Below are positions 16,228-26,781 of a stretch of 64,000 nt of DNA, piece after piece. The translations under genes and the position numbers were made by a program. How positions within the stretch are numbered: position 1 is the first letter of the stretch; each line of letters opens with the position of its first letter. Source of the DNA: Patescibacteria group bacterium (GTDB lineage: Bacteria > Patescibacteriota > Minisyncoccia > Portnoybacterales > GWB1-42-6); the NCBI GenBank assembly GCA_022709865.1, contig JAKLIA010000003.1, positions 21,547 to 85,546 of the forward strand. The letters run 5' to 3'. The notes beneath the pieces were generated by a model. That model was not told the origin of the DNA and made no database searches. It saw only the letters and a list, made by a program, of their open reading frames with translations.

Positions 16228-18318
16228 ATGAAAAATAAATTATTGATTGCGCTAGCAGCTGTAATTTTAGTTGTGGCCGCGGGTCTGGGCTGGAATTATT
16301 TTAAAAAAAGTTCAGAGCCCTCTTTGGCTGTCAGCTATACAAATGTAAACGTGGCAATAGACAATATCAATAATCGCTTATATGTTGCTGACAATGGTTC
16401 AAATAAAATAGATATATACGATTTAAATACTTTAACGTTGTCTGGCTCAATAATGCTAAATGAGCCTTCAGACGATGCTCTGCGTCTTTATATCGACGAA
16501 AACGAAGGAGTCGCTTTGTTGAACAGCAAATCCAATAGTCAATTTAAAGTTTTGGATTTAAGCACTAAAAAGATCAGATGCCAAATAGAAGTTGGCCAAG
16601 ATAGCGTTGGTTGGATAGACGCAAGAAATAAGCAATTTTTCCAAGCCGCGGCTGCTCAATTTAATTTGTATGATTATAATTGCCAGCAAAAAAAATCAAT
16701 TGCCAAAGATGGCACGATCCTATCTAAGATATCCGAAGCAGGGGAGATAGGCGTTCTCAGAGAAAAAGATTCACGGTTAAGCATTATGGACCTGGTGAGC
16801 GGAAATATTATTGATTCCTTTTATTTATACAGCAATAACTTCACGCTCTTGCCCCAGCATAATATGTTATTGAGCAACGATTGGCTGGTGGTCAATTTTA
16901 ACCGGGGGACAACAACCGATGTTGATTTTTACGATAGGAGCACAAAAATAACTTCTTGGTTTAATACTTCCGGGTCGACGGCTGCCCCTTCTTTAAAGCC
17001 GGTTTATCTGGCAGGCGATCTATACTTTTTGGGCCTGGAAGATAATGGCGAACAGGAGATTATTGTTGTCGATCTACAAAATAAAAATGTTTTGGATAAA
17101 ATTGCTGTCAGCAGCGATACGGTATCTTACGCGGTAGATTCGCTCGGAGAAAATATTTTTATTTTGAATAAATCTGGAAAAATCGAGAAAAAACAAGTGG
17201 CGCCTGTTGATGGGCCGGCGGCAACTACAATAACTAAGCCTCTTAATTTTGGAGTCATGCTTCATCTGGAGGGGCAATTAAGCTTTCCGAACAAAACAGA
17301 ATATCTCCGTGTTAACTCCAATCTTAAGCAGATTATCGACCTGTTTAAAAAATATAATGCAAAAATAACGATTGAGTCAGAGACACCATATATTGAGGCG
17401 GCTAACAAATGGGGAGACAACTTGCTTCTTTATGCTTTAGAAAACGGCCAAGGTGTAGGCACTCACTGCGATTTTGATTCAATGTCCCAAAGCGAAGCGG
17501 CTGCGGCTTATAAAAAGAGGAAAGATGCAATTGATGCAGCGGTTGGCGCGGAAAACAATCTCGGGTGCTCCGGGGGCTGGGGAACACATGATTGGGCCCA
17601 GGCTGCTTTTAGCGCGGGCTTCTCTTATTTGGACGCTCCGATAATGATTGCCTATCTGGCCGTGCCTGAAGAAAATAGGCCGATTAATCCTGATACAGGT
17701 AAGCATTATACTGACGCCGAAATAAGCCCGCAATCCAAATTGTATTACCATGATGTAATTCCTTATGAGCTAAGCGACCGAATCTATCCGAGGCGCCTTA
17801 AAGATACAAATGATTTAACGGGGGATAATTCCGGAATTGTTTTGATTCCCGGTTCTTTAGGCGAGATACCAGCTTTATATGAGGGCCGAAGCACTTGTTA
17901 TCCTAGTTGCGAGTTGACCAATAAAGATATCGATTATATTTTTAATGCTATCGATCAGGTGAACGGTTTTAAGGATGATTCTAAAGTTTCTTCTCTGTAT
18001 CTTCATTTTCCTATAGATACAATAGTGATGCCTTCTTCAAAGAAAGAAGAAAATCTAAAAATTGTAGAAGATTGGTTGAAGCGGATGCAGGAATACCAAA
18101 CTCAAGGAAAAATTAAATGGATGACCATGAAAGAAATATACGAAGAATATTCTGGAACAAAAACGAGCATTAAATCTTGGACTCCTAAGCCAAGCCAAAC
18201 TCCTAGTCTTCGGCCGTCACCTAGCCAATCGCCATCAGTTCAAGGCAAATGCGGCGATGGTGTTTGTGGGCCGATAGAAAAAGCTAATCCGGCTTTATGC
18301 CCGCAGGATTGCAAGTAG
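16228..18318 (+). CDS. Hypothetical secreted/anchored protein, 696 aa: N-terminal signal/TM, YVTN/NHL-like beta-propeller repeats, a central carbohydrate-esterase-like region, a Pro/Ser/Thr linker and a Cys-rich C-terminal tail
   Basis: The YVADNGSNKIDIYD repeat; a PKPSQTPSLRPSPSQSP linker; and the terminal KCGDGVCGPIEKANPALCPQDCK. Confidence 0.55.
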   Translation: MKNKLLIALAAVILVVAAGLGWNYFKKSSEPSLAVSYTNVNVAIDNINNRLYVADNGSNKIDIYDLNTLTLSGSIMLNEPSDDALRLYIDENEGVALLNSKSNSQFKVLDLSTKKIRCQIEVGQDSVGWIDARNKQFFQAAAAQFNLYDYNCQQKKSIAKDGTILSKISEAGEIGVLREKDSRLSIMDLVSGNIIDSFYLYSNNFTLLPQHNMLLSNDWLVVNFNRGTTTDVDFYDRSTKITSWFNTSGSTAAPSLKPVYLAGDLYFLGLEDNGEQEIIVVDLQNKNVLDKIAVSSDTVSYAVDSLGENIFILNKSGKIEKKQVAPVDGPAATTITKPLNFGVMLHLEGQLSFPNKTEYLRVNSNLKQIIDLFKKYNAKITIESETPYIEAANKWGDNLLLYALENGQGVGTHCDFDSMSQSEAAAAYKKRKDAIDAAVGAENNLGCSGGWGTHDWAQAAFSAGFSYLDAPIMIAYLAVPEENRPINPDTGKHYTDAEISPQSKLYYHDVIPYELSDRIYPRRLKDTNDLTGDNSGIVLIPGSLGEIPALYEGRSTCYPSCELTNKDIDYIFNAIDQVNGFKDDSKVSSLYLHFPIDTIVMPSSKKEENLKIVEDWLKRMQEYQTQGKIKWMTMKEIYEEYSGTKTSIKSWTPKPSQTPSLRPSPSQSPSVQGKCGDGVCGPIEKANPALCPQDCK

Positions 18319-18352
18319 TTTTAATAAAATCCGTTATTACTGAAAATAAATT

Positions 18353-19771
18353 ATGAGCAAAAAATATATTACCACAACTTTGCCTTATGTTAACGCGGAC
18401 CCGCATATTGGTTACGCCTGGGAGGTGGTGCGGGCGGATGTTTGGGCTCGCTTCCAGCGCTCGCAGGGGAGCGAGGTCTTTTTTAACATCGGCACCGATG
18501 AGCATGGTTTAAAGATCTATCAGCGGGCGCAGGAACTTAACATGGAAATCCAGGCTTATTGCGATGAACAAGCGATCAAATGGCGCCAGCTCAGCCAAAC
18601 GCTTAATTTAAGCGAACATAATTTTATTCGCACCACAGATGCGCATCACATTAAAGCAGCGCAGGAGTTTTGGAATAAAGCCAAAGCGAACGGTTTTATT
18701 TATAAGAAAAAATACAGCGCTAAATATTGCGTGGGCTGCGAATTGGAAAAAACCGATTCAGAATTAGTTGATGGCTGCTGCCCGTTGCATCCGGGAAAAG
18801 AACTGCAATTAATAGAAGAGGAAAATTATTTTTTTAAGTTTTCTGAGTTCCAACAAAAACTTCTGGATTTATATGAAAAACAACCGGATTTTGTAATGCC
18901 GGCCAAGCGCTTTAACGAAATTAAAAAGTTTGTGGAAATGGGGTTGCAGGATTTTAGTATTTCGCGTCTGAAATCAAAAATGCCCTGGGGTGTGCCGGTG
19001 CCGGGAGATAACGACCAAGTTATGTATGTTTGGTTTGATGCGCTGGTGAACTATATTTCGGCTATTGGGTATCCCGATGATATGGCTAGTTTTAATTCTT
19101 GGTGGCCGGCAATCCAGGTAGCGGGCAAGGATAATCTGCGCCAGCAAAGCGCGATGTGGCAAGCAATGCTGATGGCGGTGGGGCTCGCGCCGTCCAAACG
19201 AATATTTATCAATAGTTTTTTGACCAGCAACGGGCAGAAGATGAGCAAATCTCTGGGCAATGTAATTTCGCCTGTTGAGATGGCGGCGAAGTTTGGCGTG
19301 GACGGGACAAGGTATTTGCTGGCTTCTTGGCCAAGCTTTGGCGAAGATGTTGATATTACCTGGGAAAGCATGGCGGATAAATATAACGCTGAGCTGGCTA
19401 ATGGCCTAGGGAACTTAGTGAGTCGGGTTTTTAATATTATCGAGAAAAACTTTGATGGTCGCCTTCAGGCGCAAAAAACAACCATTGATATTGCTGCGGA
19501 AATGGAAGAGTTGAAATTATCGGAAACACTGCAAAAAATAAAAGACAAAATTGATTGGGCCAATAAATATATTGATGAAGTTAAACTTTGGGAATTAGTA
19601 AAAACAGATAAAACCAAAGCAGAAAAAGCCTTGGAAGAATTGTTGGGAGTGATTGTAGCGGTGGGGGAGGTTCTGCAGAGTTTTATGCCTCAAACCGCCG
19701 AAAAAATATTAACGGCAGCGCGAGCCGAAAAAATAGTTAAGGGTGAGGGATTATTTTTGAGAATAAAATAG
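18353..19771 (+). CDS. metG: Methionine--tRNA ligase (short form)
   Basis: HIGY (HIGH) and KMSKS motifs, plus zinc-knuckle cysteines (CVGC...CPLH). Confidence 0.9.
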   Translation: MSKKYITTTLPYVNADPHIGYAWEVVRADVWARFQRSQGSEVFFNIGTDEHGLKIYQRAQELNMEIQAYCDEQAIKWRQLSQTLNLSEHNFIRTTDAHHIKAAQEFWNKAKANGFIYKKKYSAKYCVGCELEKTDSELVDGCCPLHPGKELQLIEEENYFFKFSEFQQKLLDLYEKQPDFVMPAKRFNEIKKFVEMGLQDFSISRLKSKMPWGVPVPGDNDQVMYVWFDALVNYISAIGYPDDMASFNSWWPAIQVAGKDNLRQQSAMWQAMLMAVGLAPSKRIFINSFLTSNGQKMSKSLGNVISPVEMAAKFGVDGTRYLLASWPSFGEDVDITWESMADKYNAELANGLGNLVSRVFNIIEKNFDGRLQAQKTTIDIAAEMEELKLSETLQKIKDKIDWANKYIDEVKLWELVKTDKTKAEKALEELLGVIVAVGEVLQSFMPQTAEKILTAARAEKIVKGEGLFLRIK

Positions 19772-19774
19772 GTT

Positions 19775-20593
19775 ATGTTAATAGATACCCACGCCCATAT
19801 AAACTTTCGCGACTTTAAGGACGATGGCGATGAGGTCGCCAAGCGCACTTTGGCAGAAGGCGTTTGGATGATTAATGTTGGCGCGGAAAGAAAGACCAGC
19901 CAGCGGGCAATTGATTATGCCAAAAAATATGATAGCGGAGTTTTTGCGGCCGTGGGTTTACACCCGGGGCATTTAGCTAACGTGGAATACGATGAAGAAG
20001 TAAAAGGAGAAAAAATAAAGTTTTCTTCTCAAGCTGAAGCTTATGATGAGAAATATTATTTTAGTTTGGCAAAGCAGCCAGAAGTGGTGGCAATAGGGGA
20101 GATAGGCTTGGATTATTACCGCAACGCCGCCAGGCGCGAACTGCAGAAAGAAACATTGCTTGAGCAGCTAGGCTTGGCAGAAAAATTAAATAAGCCCGTT
20201 ATCCTACATTGCCGCGAAGCGCATGAAGATCTGCTGGGCATTTTAAAAACCTGGACTTTGGTTGGTAATAAGCCTTTGCGCGGTGTTGTCCATTCTTTTT
20301 CCGGCCGCTGGTCGCAAGCAGAGCAATATTTGGCGATGGGATTTTATTTAGGCTTTAATGGCTTAATCACTTTTGCCCGCGATTACGACAAGGTGGTTTG
20401 CCAGATGCCGTTGGATAAAATGCTCTTGGAAACCGATTGCCCTTATTTGACTCCATTGCCGTTTCGCGGTAAAAGAAATGAACCAAGCTACGTTAAATAT
20501 GTGGCGCAAAAAGTAGCGGAATTGCGGGGAATAAGCGCTGAGGAAGTGGCGGAAGCAACGACTAAAAACGCCAAAGGATTATTTAGAATATGA
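19775..20593 (+). CDS. tatD: TatD family deoxyribonuclease
   Basis: MLIDTHAHINF N-terminal motif and the conserved His/Glu/Asp ligands. Confidence 0.85.
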   Translation: MLIDTHAHINFRDFKDDGDEVAKRTLAEGVWMINVGAERKTSQRAIDYAKKYDSGVFAAVGLHPGHLANVEYDEEVKGEKIKFSSQAEAYDEKYYFSLAKQPEVVAIGEIGLDYYRNAARRELQKETLLEQLGLAEKLNKPVILHCREAHEDLLGILKTWTLVGNKPLRGVVHSFSGRWSQAEQYLAMGFYLGFNGLITFARDYDKVVCQMPLDKMLLETDCPYLTPLPFRGKRNEPSYVKYVAQKVAELRGISAEEVAEATTKNAKGLFRI

Positions 20594-21072
20594 TTTTAGA
20601 CATCAAAAAATATCCCGATAAGATTCTGACAAAAAAAACCAAACGAGTTGGTGAAGTTAGCGCTGAAATAGAAAAGCTAATAGATGATATGATAGAAACG
20701 CTTTATGCCAAACGCGGCGCTGGGTTGGCGGCTAACCAGGTGGGAATATCAAAGCGCATCGCGGTGGTAGATGATGGCCAGGGTTTGGTGGTCTTGATAG
20801 ACCCTAAAATAACCAAGAAAAAAGGAGAGACTTCAATGGCGGAAGGTTGTTTAAGTTTTCCGGGCCTGGAAATTGAGGTTAAGCGCCCGGAAAAGATAGA
20901 AGTGGAATATTTGGATAAAAGCGGGCAGCAGAAAAAAATAAAAGCCAGCAATTTGCTGGCGCGGATAATTTGCCACGAAACAGACCATTTAGACGGCAAA
21001 ACAATGTTAGATAAATTGCCGTTAATAAAAAGGTTAAAAATGAAAAGGCAGCTAAAGGGTCTTTTTAAGTAA
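20590..21072 (+). CDS. def: Peptide deformylase
   Basis: GLAANQVG, EGCLSFPG and HETDHLDG motifs. Confidence 0.9.
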   Translation: MILDIKKYPDKILTKKTKRVGEVSAEIEKLIDDMIETLYAKRGAGLAANQVGISKRIAVVDDGQGLVVLIDPKITKKKGETSMAEGCLSFPGLEIEVKRPEKIEVEYLDKSGQQKKIKASNLLARIICHETDHLDGKTMLDKLPLIKRLKMKRQLKGLFK

Positions 21073-21900
21073 TCATAGCCAGCCGCCCAGGATTACTATC
21101 CCTAAGGCCAAAAGCACCACTCCGGCAATCAAATGCAATAGCCGGAGTTTTTGTTTGCGCCAGGCCTCGGCGCGCTCAGGGGAGAGCCCCCAATAGAGGG
21201 CTAAAACTATCGCCAGCATCGGCGCGATAAAAATTAAATTGTAGAAAACTAAATAAATTAAAGCTTTGGCCAGAACGGTTTTTGAAGCTAGCATTCCTAA
21301 AATAACAATATAGGGCCCAGAAGTGCAGGGGAGAAGGAATAGGCTGACCAGGAGCCCCGTTAGAAAAGCGCCTAGAGGAGTGGTAATTTTTAAAATCAAG
21401 CCTTTCATTTTTGGCCGCCAGCTTTGGGGCACTTCCATTAAAAACCCGCCGCCGCCATACCAGAAAAAATCCTTGATATTAAGCAGCCCTAAAATTATCG
21501 CCAGGGCGCCAACGATATAATAGAAATAATTAGCGTAGGCCACGGTGTAATTTCGCAAAAACTCCAGCAATCCCACGCCCATCAAAAAATAAGCGATAAA
21601 AACTGCGGCAATAAAACTTAAGCCGGTGAGCAAGGCTTTTTTGCGGTTCTCGTCGTTCAAAAGCAACGAAGCCATGAGCAAGATTAAAATGGCAAACTCG
21701 CAAGGATTTATGGCATCCAGCGCCGCGCCGCAAGCCACGGCCCAAGGCGTTAAGTCAAAAGAAAAAGAGCTGCCGGCCGGGCAAACTTCCTCGGCTGCCA
21801 GCGCCGGCGCGGCGCCAAAAAGAGCCAAGGATAAAGAAAACAAAATAAGTGTTGATAAAAATATTTTTTGCATATTTAAAACTATTATAGCTTTTTTCAT
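21073..21900 (-). CDS. ccdA: Cytochrome c biogenesis / thiol-disulfide transporter CcdA (DsbD transmembrane family)
   Basis: Polytopic membrane protein with the paired conserved Cys (CGAAL...PCEF) of the family. Confidence 0.65.
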   Translation of the reverse strand: MKKAIIVLNMQKIFLSTLILFSLSLALFGAAPALAAEEVCPAGSSFSFDLTPWAVACGAALDAINPCEFAILILLMASLLLNDENRKKALLTGLSFIAAVFIAYFLMGVGLLEFLRNYTVAYANYFYYIVGALAIILGLLNIKDFFWYGGGGFLMEVPQSWRPKMKGLILKITTPLGAFLTGLLVSLFLLPCTSGPYIVILGMLASKTVLAKALIYLVFYNLIFIAPMLAIVLALYWGLSPERAEAWRKQKLRLLHLIAGVVLLALGIVILGGWL

Positions 21901-21939
21901 AAAATAAAAACAGGGCGCTTAGGCGCGCCCTGCGGCAGA

Positions 21940-22353
21940 TTAAAAAGTTATTTTGTTTTTAATCTTTTTTTCTGTATCCGGTATGGCTGGGTCTTCATAG
22001 CGCATATGGATAATAAATAAGAGCTTGAGCTCTTGATAGAACAGCTCCATGGATTGGTCCATGAACTTGGCCATTGCTGCCCGGCTGTAGCCCTTATTAT
22101 TCATTTTCTCGATCTCATTGAGAAGATTTTCGGAAGAGTATTCCAGCAAGCAGAATAGCCCCGACAAGCTGTTTTCCGTGTCTACGTCATAGACGGGGAA
22201 CTGAAGCGAATCAAAGGCCTCGCTTATTTTTTCCTGGTAAAGGCGGCTGTCTTCTATAAAGGCCGCTACCTCTTTATCTGCTGCCAGAACCGGAACGGTT
22301 AAAAGGGAAAAAGCGATTATTGCCACAACTGAAAATGCCAGCCATTTCTTCAT
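21940..22353 (-). CDS. Hypothetical secreted protein (signal peptide MKKWLAFSVVAIIAFSLLTVPVLA)
   Basis: ORF with a clear signal peptide. The track ORF starts further upstream, but the likely start is the MKKW codon at 22353. Confidence 0.45.
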   Translation of the reverse strand: MKKWLAFSVVAIIAFSLLTVPVLAADKEVAAFIEDSRLYQEKISEAFDSLQFPVYDVDTENSLSGLFCLLEYSSENLLNEIEKMNNKGYSRAAMAKFMDQSMELFYQELKLLFIIHMRYEDPAIPDTEKKIKNKITF

Positions 22354-22520
22354 TTTTAAGCCTCCTTTTAGGTATATTTTTGTTAAATGACTATAAACAT
22401 AATATACCAATTTTGGTCATTTGTCAATATCTATAGTCTGGATTTTTTTGCAGCAAAACTTTAAATAAAAAGCAGTCCGAACGGTTGAAAAAAAAGCAAG
22501 GAAGGGGTAGAGTAAATATT

Positions 22521-25118
22521 ATGAAATATGACCACAAAAAGATAGAAAAAAAGTGGCAGAAATATTGGGCTGAAAATCCCAAACTCTTCGCGGCGGATGA
22601 TAAATCTGATAAGCCCAAACAATATATCTTGGATATGTTCCCGTATCCTTCGGGCGACGGGCTGCACACCGGCCATGTGGAAAGCTATACCGCCACGGAT
22701 ATAATCTCGCGTTATTTGCGGATGAGCGGCTTTAATGTTTTGCACCCGCAGGGTTTTGATGCTTTTGGTTTGCCCGCGGAAAACTATGCCATTAAAACCA
22801 AGATTCATCCGGCCGAAACCACTAAGAAAGCCATCACCAATTTTAAGAAGCAGATGAATATGATGGGTTTCTCTTATGATTGGTCGCGGGAAGTTATATC
22901 GGCCGATCCGGAATATTATAAATGGACCCAATGGTTTTTCTTGCTGCTCTATAAAAACGGTTTAGCCTTTAAATCAAAAGGAAAAGTTAATTGGTGCGAT
23001 TCTTGCCAAACGGTGCTCGCCAACGAGCAAGCTGAAGGGGGAGTGTGCGATAGATGCGGCAAGCCGGTGAGGCAAAAGGATTTAGAGCAGTGGTATTTTA
23101 AAATTACAGATTTTATAGAGGATACCGGCAAAACTTCTGGTTTATTGTCGGGCTTAGATAAAATTGACTGGCCCGAATCAACCAAGGCTGGGCAGCGCAA
23201 TTGGATCGGGAAATCCGAAGGCGCACAATTTAAAATGGAAATTGTTACAAAAGATTCTGTCATTCTGAGCCCAAAGGGCGAAGAATCTAAAAGATCCTTC
23301 GTTAACACTCAGGACGACAAATTGCATTTGTCGGTTTTCACCACTCGCTTAGACACGGTTTTTGGCATGACTTTTGCGCTGATTGCGCCGGAGCATAAAT
23401 TAGTTCAAGAATTAAAATCAAAAATTACCAATTGGAGCGAAGTAGAAAAATATATAGTTGAAACCAAAAAGAAATCTGAACTTCAGCGCATGGCGGAGGT
23501 GAAAGAAAAAACCGGCGTGGAGCTAGAAGGCATTAAAGTTTTAAATCCTTTCACTAAAAAAACTATTCCGCTTTTTGCCAGCGATTTTGTGCTGGCGCAC
23601 TATGGCACGGGTGCTGTTATGGCAGTGCCGGCGCATGATGAGCGGGATTTTGCCTTTGCCAAGAAGTTTGGTTTGCCGATAGACGAAGTGGTAAAAAGCG
23701 TGGACGGCAAATCATCTGTTGCCAAAGAAGCCTACACGGAAGACGGCGTTTTGATAAACTCTGGCGAGCATAACGGCTTAACTTCCGCTGAAGCTAGAAA
23801 AAAATTAACCCAATGGCTCCAAAAAGAAAAAATCGGGCAGGGCACGATAAATTATAAACTCCGTGATTGGCTGGTTTCCCGCCAGCGCTATTGGGGCGCG
23901 CCAATTCCCATTATCTATTGTGATAAATGTGGTGAGGTGCCGGTGCCAGAAAAAGATCTGCCGGTTTTATTGCCCAACGATGTTGATTTTATGCCGACGG
24001 GCGAATCGCCCTTAGCGATTTCCAAAAAGTTCCATGATATAAAATGCCCAAAGTGCGGCGCTAAAGCTCGCCGGGAATCTGATACCATGGACACCTTTGT
24101 TTGTTCTTCTTGGTATTATTTGCGTTATGCCGATAGCCAAAACGACAAAGAGTTTGCTTCCAAGGAAATGCTAAAAAAATGGTTACCGGTTGACTTATAC
24201 GTTGGGGGAGCGGAACACACGGTTTTACATCTTTTGTATTCGCGATTTTTTACCAAGGTTTTGCATAAGCTTGGTTATATAGATTTTGACGAGCCATTTT
24301 CCAAAATGCGGCACCAAGGAATAATTCTAGCGCCGGACGGCCGGAAAATGTCCAAGTCTTGGGGCAATATTATCAATCCCGACGATGTGGTCGCCGAATA
24401 TGGCGCTGATGCCTTGCGCTTGTATGAAATGTTTATGGGGCCGCTGGAAGAAATGAAACCTTGGAATACCAAGGGGATTGTTGGAGTAAAAAGATTTTTA
24501 GACAAAACATGGAATTATCTTTCCGCAGATTATACGGGCATATTCATAGATAATAATGATCGGAATCAATGGATAGAAGGTAAGATAGATGGAGCTACTT
24601 CGCGTGAGACAGAAGTTTTATTGCATAAAACAATAAAAAAGGTTTCTGAGGATATTGAAAGTTTGAAGTTTAATACGGCAATTAGTCAGTTGATGGTATT
24701 GAGAAACTCTTTTTATGAAATAGAAGCGAAACGACCAATATCAGAAAAATCTTATATTGAACCAATAAAGGGGCAGCGTATAAAGAAATCTGATTTTGAA
24801 AAATTTATTATTCTTCTTGCTCCATTTGCTCCTTTTATAGCTGAGGAGATCTGGCAAGGAGTGTTAAAACATAAGGGAAGTATCTTCAATGAGGAATGGC
24901 CCAAATATAATAAAGACTTAGTTAACGACGAAACCATACAGATGCCGATTCAAATCAATGGCAAAGTCCGCGCTGTGCTAGCCGCATCAGCAACTATTTC
25001 AGAAGAAGATGCCAAAAAACTTGCTTTATCCGATTCTAACGTTATCAAATGGTTAGAAGGCAAAGAGCCTAAAAAAGTTATTTTTGTGAAAGGAAGATTG
25101 GTTAATATTGTGGTATAA
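22521..25118 (+). CDS. leuS: Leucine--tRNA ligase
   Basis: HTGH (HIGH) and KMSKS motifs and a CP1 editing domain. The start is taken at MKYDHKK, preceded by the AAGGAAGGGG ribosome-binding site. Confidence 0.9.
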   Translation: MKYDHKKIEKKWQKYWAENPKLFAADDKSDKPKQYILDMFPYPSGDGLHTGHVESYTATDIISRYLRMSGFNVLHPQGFDAFGLPAENYAIKTKIHPAETTKKAITNFKKQMNMMGFSYDWSREVISADPEYYKWTQWFFLLLYKNGLAFKSKGKVNWCDSCQTVLANEQAEGGVCDRCGKPVRQKDLEQWYFKITDFIEDTGKTSGLLSGLDKIDWPESTKAGQRNWIGKSEGAQFKMEIVTKDSVILSPKGEESKRSFVNTQDDKLHLSVFTTRLDTVFGMTFALIAPEHKLVQELKSKITNWSEVEKYIVETKKKSELQRMAEVKEKTGVELEGIKVLNPFTKKTIPLFASDFVLAHYGTGAVMAVPAHDERDFAFAKKFGLPIDEVVKSVDGKSSVAKEAYTEDGVLINSGEHNGLTSAEARKKLTQWLQKEKIGQGTINYKLRDWLVSRQRYWGAPIPIIYCDKCGEVPVPEKDLPVLLPNDVDFMPTGESPLAISKKFHDIKCPKCGAKARRESDTMDTFVCSSWYYLRYADSQNDKEFASKEMLKKWLPVDLYVGGAEHTVLHLLYSRFFTKVLHKLGYIDFDEPFSKMRHQGIILAPDGRKMSKSWGNIINPDDVVAEYGADALRLYEMFMGPLEEMKPWNTKGIVGVKRFLDKTWNYLSADYTGIFIDNNDRNQWIEGKIDGATSRETEVLLHKTIKKVSEDIESLKFNTAISQLMVLRNSFYEIEAKRPISEKSYIEPIKGQRIKKSDFEKFIILLAPFAPFIAEEIWQGVLKHKGSIFNEEWPKYNKDLVNDETIQMPIQINGKVRAVLAASATISEEDAKKLALSDSNVIKWLEGKEPKKVIFVKGRLVNIVV

Positions 25119-25830
25119 GTTTTTAATGATAGATAAATTAGAACAGGAAGCTCTAGACTTTATAAAGAAGAAGGAGAACTATAAGAAAATTATAGAGCGT
25201 TTTGCTGGAAAAGACTTTATTTCGGAGGGACTACCAATTTCTTTGTTTATGGCTGGTTCTCCTGGAGCGGGAAAAACAGAAATATCAAAAAGGCTTGTAG
25301 AGACTTTTGAAGTGGATCGAAAGGCAAGAATAGTTAGAATTGACCCAGACGAGATTAGGGAGCTGTTGCCAGGATACAACGGAAATAATTCGAATTTATT
25401 TCAAGGGGCTTGTTCTGTTGGCGTAGAAAAAATACATGATTATGTATTGTCTGCTGATAAAAGCTTTCTTTTAGATGGAACATTTTCTAATTATGAAAGA
25501 GCAAAAAATAATATAGAAAGATCTCTAAACAAAAGAAGGTTTGTGACACTAGTATATGTGTATCAAGATCCTCTGATAGCGTGGGAATTAACAAAAAAAA
25601 GAGAAGCGCTAGATGGAAGATTTGTGCCTAAAGAGGCATTTATAAGACATTTTTTTGGGGCAAGAGACACTGTTAATAAAATAAAGGCTGAGTTTGGTAA
25701 TGCAATACAGGCACATCTGATAGAAAGAAATATGCATTCCCCTGATTATAAGATTCAATTAAATATTAAAAATGTTGACGATTTTGTAGAGATAAAATAT
25801 ACTGAAGACACGCTAAAAACAAGCATATGA
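25108..25830 (+). CDS. Zeta-toxin/AAA_33-like P-loop kinase, 240 aa
   Basis: Walker A motif GSPGAGKTE in a zeta-toxin-like context. The start overlaps the leuS stop. The local sequence is AT-rich relative to its flanks. Confidence 0.5.
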   Translation: MWYKFLMIDKLEQEALDFIKKKENYKKIIERFAGKDFISEGLPISLFMAGSPGAGKTEISKRLVETFEVDRKARIVRIDPDEIRELLPGYNGNNSNLFQGACSVGVEKIHDYVLSADKSFLLDGTFSNYERAKNNIERSLNKRRFVTLVYVYQDPLIAWELTKKREALDGRFVPKEAFIRHFFGARDTVNKIKAEFGNAIQAHLIERNMHSPDYKIQLNIKNVDDFVEIKYTEDTLKTSI

Positions 25831-26018
25831 AAGAGTTTATTTTTAGATGCTTTCCTAGTTTAAATAAAGGGAATAAATATAATAGTCTCTCAGGCTTTTT
25901 TCAAAACTCTTCTGATAAAGAAAAAGAGGAGCTTTTTAGTCGTGTCATAGAAAAAGCGAACAAAGACCAGAGAGATATAATAGATAGATATAATCGCAAG
26001 TGTCCGATATCAAAATAG
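25827..26018 (+). CDS. Small hypothetical protein (63 aa), translationally coupled (ATGA) to the zeta-like kinase
   Basis: ORF only; 4-nt overlap with the upstream gene. Confidence 0.3.
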   Translation: MKEFIFRCFPSLNKGNKYNSLSGFFQNSSDKEKEELFSRVIEKANKDQRDIIDRYNRKCPISK

Positions 26019-26114
26019 TTAATGAAAATAGTTAAATCTCACGACCTTATAAGTTGTGAGATTTTTAATTTTGTTTGATTTTTTCTCGAAAATATGATGA
26101 AATAGGGAAGTCGG

Positions 26115-26185
26115 CGGGCTGTAGTGTAACGGTAGCACGAGTCCTTCGGGAGGATTTAGTCAGGGTTCAAATCCCTGCAGCCCGA
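26115..26185 (+). tRNA. tRNA-Pro (anticodon CGG), no CCA
   Basis: Acceptor CGGGCTG/CAGCCCG; anticodon stem AGTCC/GGATT with loop TTCGGGA; T-arm CAGGG-TTCAAAT-CCCTG. Confidence 0.75.
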
Positions 26186-26207
26186 CAAATATGTGTGTTA
26201 AATAATT

Positions 26208-26471
26208 ATGGACAAAGAAAGCCTGATTTATTTATTTCATCATATTCACCACAAAGCTGGCGAGCATGAAGTCCATCATTGTGGCGGAGGGCATCGAGCA
26301 ATTAATCCGAAACTTGATTATGAGATTTGTCATTGCCAATGCGCCTTGCACCGGATAAATAAAAAAATAGCTATTGGGCATGGCACAAACCAGGAAGAAA
26401 TAGAGATAAAGTTTATGGAACAATGCCCCGAAGGCGGTTGGCACATTGAAAGCGGGCAAGTGGTAAAATAA
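26208..26471 (+). CDS. His/Cys-rich small protein (87 aa; 13 His and 7 Cys), putative metal-binding
   Basis: Sequence HHIHHKAGEHEVHHCGGGH...CHCQC. Confidence 0.4.
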   Translation: MDKESLIYLFHHIHHKAGEHEVHHCGGGHRAINPKLDYEICHCQCALHRINKKIAIGHGTNQEEIEIKFMEQCPEGGWHIESGQVVK

Positions 26472-26475
26472 AATT

Positions 26476-26781
26476 ATGAAATTGATTTTTGACCAACCAA
26501 GCGGCTCTCCTTTGAATATTATGCGGCGGGCGGGTTATAGTTTTCAGCGGAAAGATGATAGAACAGGGGAGATGTCTTTTGTTAAAAGGGCGGGCAGCGG
26601 AGACTATCCTAGATTCCATGTTTATGCTAAAACTTCTCCGAAGGGCAGCGTGGAAATAAGCTTGCATTTGGACCAGAAGAAGGCATCATATGAAGGGACG
26701 ACCGCCCATAGCGGAGAGTATGAAGAGAATAAATGGGTGGAAAGAGAGGCGGAGATAATAAAAAAAGAGTTTAGCCAATAG
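26476..26781 (+). CDS. Hypothetical 101-aa protein
   Basis: ORF with good coding character; no recognisable family. Confidence 0.4.
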   Translation: MKLIFDQPSGSPLNIMRRAGYSFQRKDDRTGEMSFVKRAGSGDYPRFHVYAKTSPKGSVEISLHLDQKKASYEGTTAHSGEYEENKWVEREAEIIKKEFSQ

